NCBI GenBank assembly: GCA_047601445.1
Contig: JASGJH010000001.1
Span: forward strand, 8,864,001 to 8,928,000
Direction: 5' to 3'
From: Myxococcales bacterium
GTDB lineage: Bacteria > Myxococcota_A > Polyangia > Polyangiales > DASUME01
Length of the DNA stretch: 64,000 nt
Positions 61,793 through 64,000 of this stretch are shown one piece after another. How positions within the stretch are numbered: position 1 is the first letter of the stretch; each line of letters starts with the position of its first letter. The position numbers and the translations under genes are program-made. Under the pieces are notes generated by a model. That model saw only the letters and a list, made by a program, of their open reading frames with translations, did no database searches and was not told the origin of the DNA.

Positions 61793-61886
61793 CGGCGCGC
61801 TGGGGAAGAACGCCCCAGCGGCGGAGCGCTGGCCTGCGCGCCGGAAATTTCGTCCGGCGGTCGGAGCAGGGTAGAGGGGGAAGGCA

Positions 61887-62723
61887 GTGCGGTGCCTTGG
61901 CTTAGCTTTCCTCCTCCTTTTGACCGCAGCAGCGTCGACCGCACGGGCGCAGCTCACCACGTTGCGCGAGCACGCGCGGCAAATGGACACCGGCAACTTC
62001 GCGGTTAGTACCGACCTCAACACCTTCATGGGCGAGGTGCACAGCTCCGGGTACGCCTTTTTTCAGCCCACCGTCGGAACCGCCTTCAGGCTCTACGAAG
62101 CGGTATTCGAGGCAGCCCTCCCGTTCGCGTACTTTCACGAGAACAACGATCCGGGCGCCGACCACAACCAGTTTGCCCTCGGCAACCCATGGTTCGCGCT
62201 CTCGTTTCTGCCGGACACCCAGTGTGGCTTGTCGCGGCTGAGCCTGGGCATCGCGCCGGACCTCGTGCGCGCCAAGGATGCCCGCGACCGCATGGCGAAC
62301 ACGTTGGCGCGCGCCGCCACCGGCGATTGGGATGGCTATTTGTGGCTCGACCACACGCTACCGCTCGTGTTCGGCGCGAGCACGCGTAAGGAGCGCGGCA
62401 TGTGGCGCATCGGCTGGGACGCGGACCTGGTACTAGGCCTGCCTGGCAACGGCCGCCAGACGGAGTTCGGCGCGCAGACGGCCGGCGAGTTCGCGCTGCT
62501 GTTCGGTTGGGACGTCTCGCTCGGCACGCGCCTGTCAGCGGCGTACTATCCCACCTTCGATGGCGACACGTTTCAGTCCGCGCTCACCACCTACCTGCGA
62601 TACGCGCGCATCAATGACGCCTTTGGAGCGCGCTTCGTGCTGAATCTCGACGGGCCTGCGGGCTTCTCGTTCAGCGACAACGGTATCTGGGGCGCCGCGC
62701 TGTTTTACTCGACCTCGCTGTGA
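61887..62723 (+). CDS. Exported protein, probable small outer-membrane beta-barrel
   Basis: Signal peptide (ARA-Q), aromatic amphipathic strands, GNP motif. Confidence 0.55.
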   Translation: MRCLGLAFLLLLTAAASTARAQLTTLREHARQMDTGNFAVSTDLNTFMGEVHSSGYAFFQPTVGTAFRLYEAVFEAALPFAYFHENNDPGADHNQFALGNPWFALSFLPDTQCGLSRLSLGIAPDLVRAKDARDRMANTLARAATGDWDGYLWLDHTLPLVFGASTRKERGMWRIGWDADLVLGLPGNGRQTEFGAQTAGEFALLFGWDVSLGTRLSAAYYPTFDGDTFQSALTTYLRYARINDAFGARFVLNLDGPAGFSFSDNGIWGAALFYSTSL

Positions 62724-63871
62724 GCGCATTCACCGGCCAAGAAGCGCAGCAGGGCGTCGGCCTTGAGCGCGAGGCTGTCGATCTCGATCTGCTCGTCGTG
62801 GGTGTGGTACCCGCGTCCGCGCGGCCCCAGGCCGTCGATGGCCGGCAATCCGACGGCACCCACGGTGTTGGCATCGCTGCCGCCGCCCTGACGCGGGGCC
62901 TCGCCCGAGGCCAGCCCTGCCGCCAACTGGCACGCTCCGAAGCGCCGACATAGCGTCGATGAGGCTTGCGTGGCCTCGAGCGGCCGACGCGTCACCGTGA
63001 GCGCGACCTCGAGCCGCACGCCCTCGAGCTCGCCCTCCACGCCGCGTGCAGTGGACTCGAGTAGCTGCGCTACATCTTCTTGTGCGAGCCCATTCACGAA
63101 GCGCAGGTCGAGCTCCGCCTCGGCATTCTCCGCCACCGTATTGCGCGCGCTGCCACCATGGAAAAGCCCGGTGCTGAGGCTCGCACCTTCGAGACGGCTG
63201 GCCGCTACTTGCACCCGGTCCACGAAGCGCGACAGAGCCCACACGGCGTTCCTGCCGTCCGCCAAGTTGTTGCCCGCGTGGGCCGCGCGCCCGAACGCCT
63301 TCACCCGTGCGAACCCGCTGCCGCGACGCGACGTCACGATGGCATCGCCCGAGCGACCCGCTTCGAACACCAGCGCGGCCCGTGCGCTCTTGGCGAAGCC
63401 TTCGAGCATGCCTCGCGAGGTCGGTGAGCCGACCTCTTCGTCGGCCACGCTGATGAAGCGCAGCGGTAGCGCGTCCAGCGCATTCACCTCGTGCAACACG
63501 CGCAACACCACCGCCACGATGGCAAGCCCGCCCTTCATATCGAGCACGCCCGGGCCGTAGGCGCGTGCGCCGTCGCTGCGGAAGCCCTCGAAGGTGCCGG
63601 CCGGGAACACGGTGTCGTGGTGTCCGATCAACAGCACGCTCGGTTCGCGTTCCGCGCGAGATGTCGAGAACGAGAGGTGGGTGCCCCAGGGATCGCCCGC
63701 GTGCTTGGCCACGGTCAGCGGCAGATCCTGCAGCGCCTCGCTGATCAACTCTCCGACTCGATCGACGCCTACCACGTTGCGACTGTGGCTGTTCACGCGC
63801 ACCCAAGCCTCGGTGAGCTGCAGGATCTCCGGTGTTCTCCTCTTCAGAGCGGCCAGTGCGCGTTCCAACAT
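62705..63871 (-). CDS. M20-family metallopeptidase (carboxypeptidase G2-like)
   Basis: GHHDTV, DMKGG, DEEVGS, AHAG, GGSDAN, DGLGP.G..YH. Confidence 0.9.
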   Translation of the reverse strand: MLERALAALKRRTPEILQLTEAWVRVNSHSRNVVGVDRVGELISEALQDLPLTVAKHAGDPWGTHLSFSTSRAEREPSVLLIGHHDTVFPAGTFEGFRSDGARAYGPGVLDMKGGLAIVAVVLRVLHEVNALDALPLRFISVADEEVGSPTSRGMLEGFAKSARAALVFEAGRSGDAIVTSRRGSGFARVKAFGRAAHAGNNLADGRNAVWALSRFVDRVQVAASRLEGASLSTGLFHGGSARNTVAENAEAELDLRFVNGLAQEDVAQLLESTARGVEGELEGVRLEVALTVTRRPLEATQASSTLCRRFGACQLAAGLASGEAPRQGGGSDANTVGAVGLPAIDGLGPRGRGYHTHDEQIEIDSLALKADALLRFLAGECAHSEVE

Positions 63872-63886
63872 GTGGCCCCGTGGTGG

Positions 63887-64000
63887 TTAGCGGGTCGAAC
63901 CCTTGTCAGCCCGTCCTTGGGCGAGCGTCGCCAGCATCTGCGCGAGGAGCGTGGCGGCGAGCAGGCTGGTGTTGCCGGTGGCATCGTGGTCAGGCGATAT
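63887..64000 (-). CDS. C-terminal fragment of a probable arginase/agmatinase-family ureohydrolase (runs off window)
   Basis: Reads ISPDHDATGNTSLLAATLL...*, resembling the SP..D..G.T..LAA ureohydrolase terminus. Confidence 0.55.
   Translation of the reverse strand: MSPDHDATGNTSLLAATLLAQMLATLAQGRADKGSTR

Overview
High-GC, gene-dense bacterial chromosome segment. Gene content points to Myxococcota, probably Polyangia (inference): ECF sigma with a FecR-TPR partner, a TonB-C-fused receptor, a large Hanks kinase and a sigma54-type promoter. About 50 CDS. I found no rRNA, tRNA, CRISPR array, integrase or transposase. Housekeeping blocks: leuCD, purU, a DAHP synthase, a sulfite/nitrite reductase locus, pstSCAB-phoU with Pho boxes, dinB, nth, nfeD-floA. 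Highlights: (1) a tightly coupled operon (9924->1301) of three paralogous lipoproteins sharing a ~500-aa domain I cannot name, followed by a FadL-type outer-membrane channel and lying head-to-head with an SCP2 lipid-carrier gene, which is a candidate undescribed lipid or hydrophobic-ligand transport system; (2) a full eukaryote-type 6-phosphofructo-2-kinase/fructose-2,6-bisphosphatase next to a protein with PI3K/HipA-like kinase motifs; (3) a repeated intergenic two-hairpin element with compensatory base changes; (4) an XPB helicase with a DUF790/Bax1 nuclease; (5) two clear and one probable single-base frameshifts that may be sequencing errors. All family calls come from recognising motifs by eye; no searches were run.
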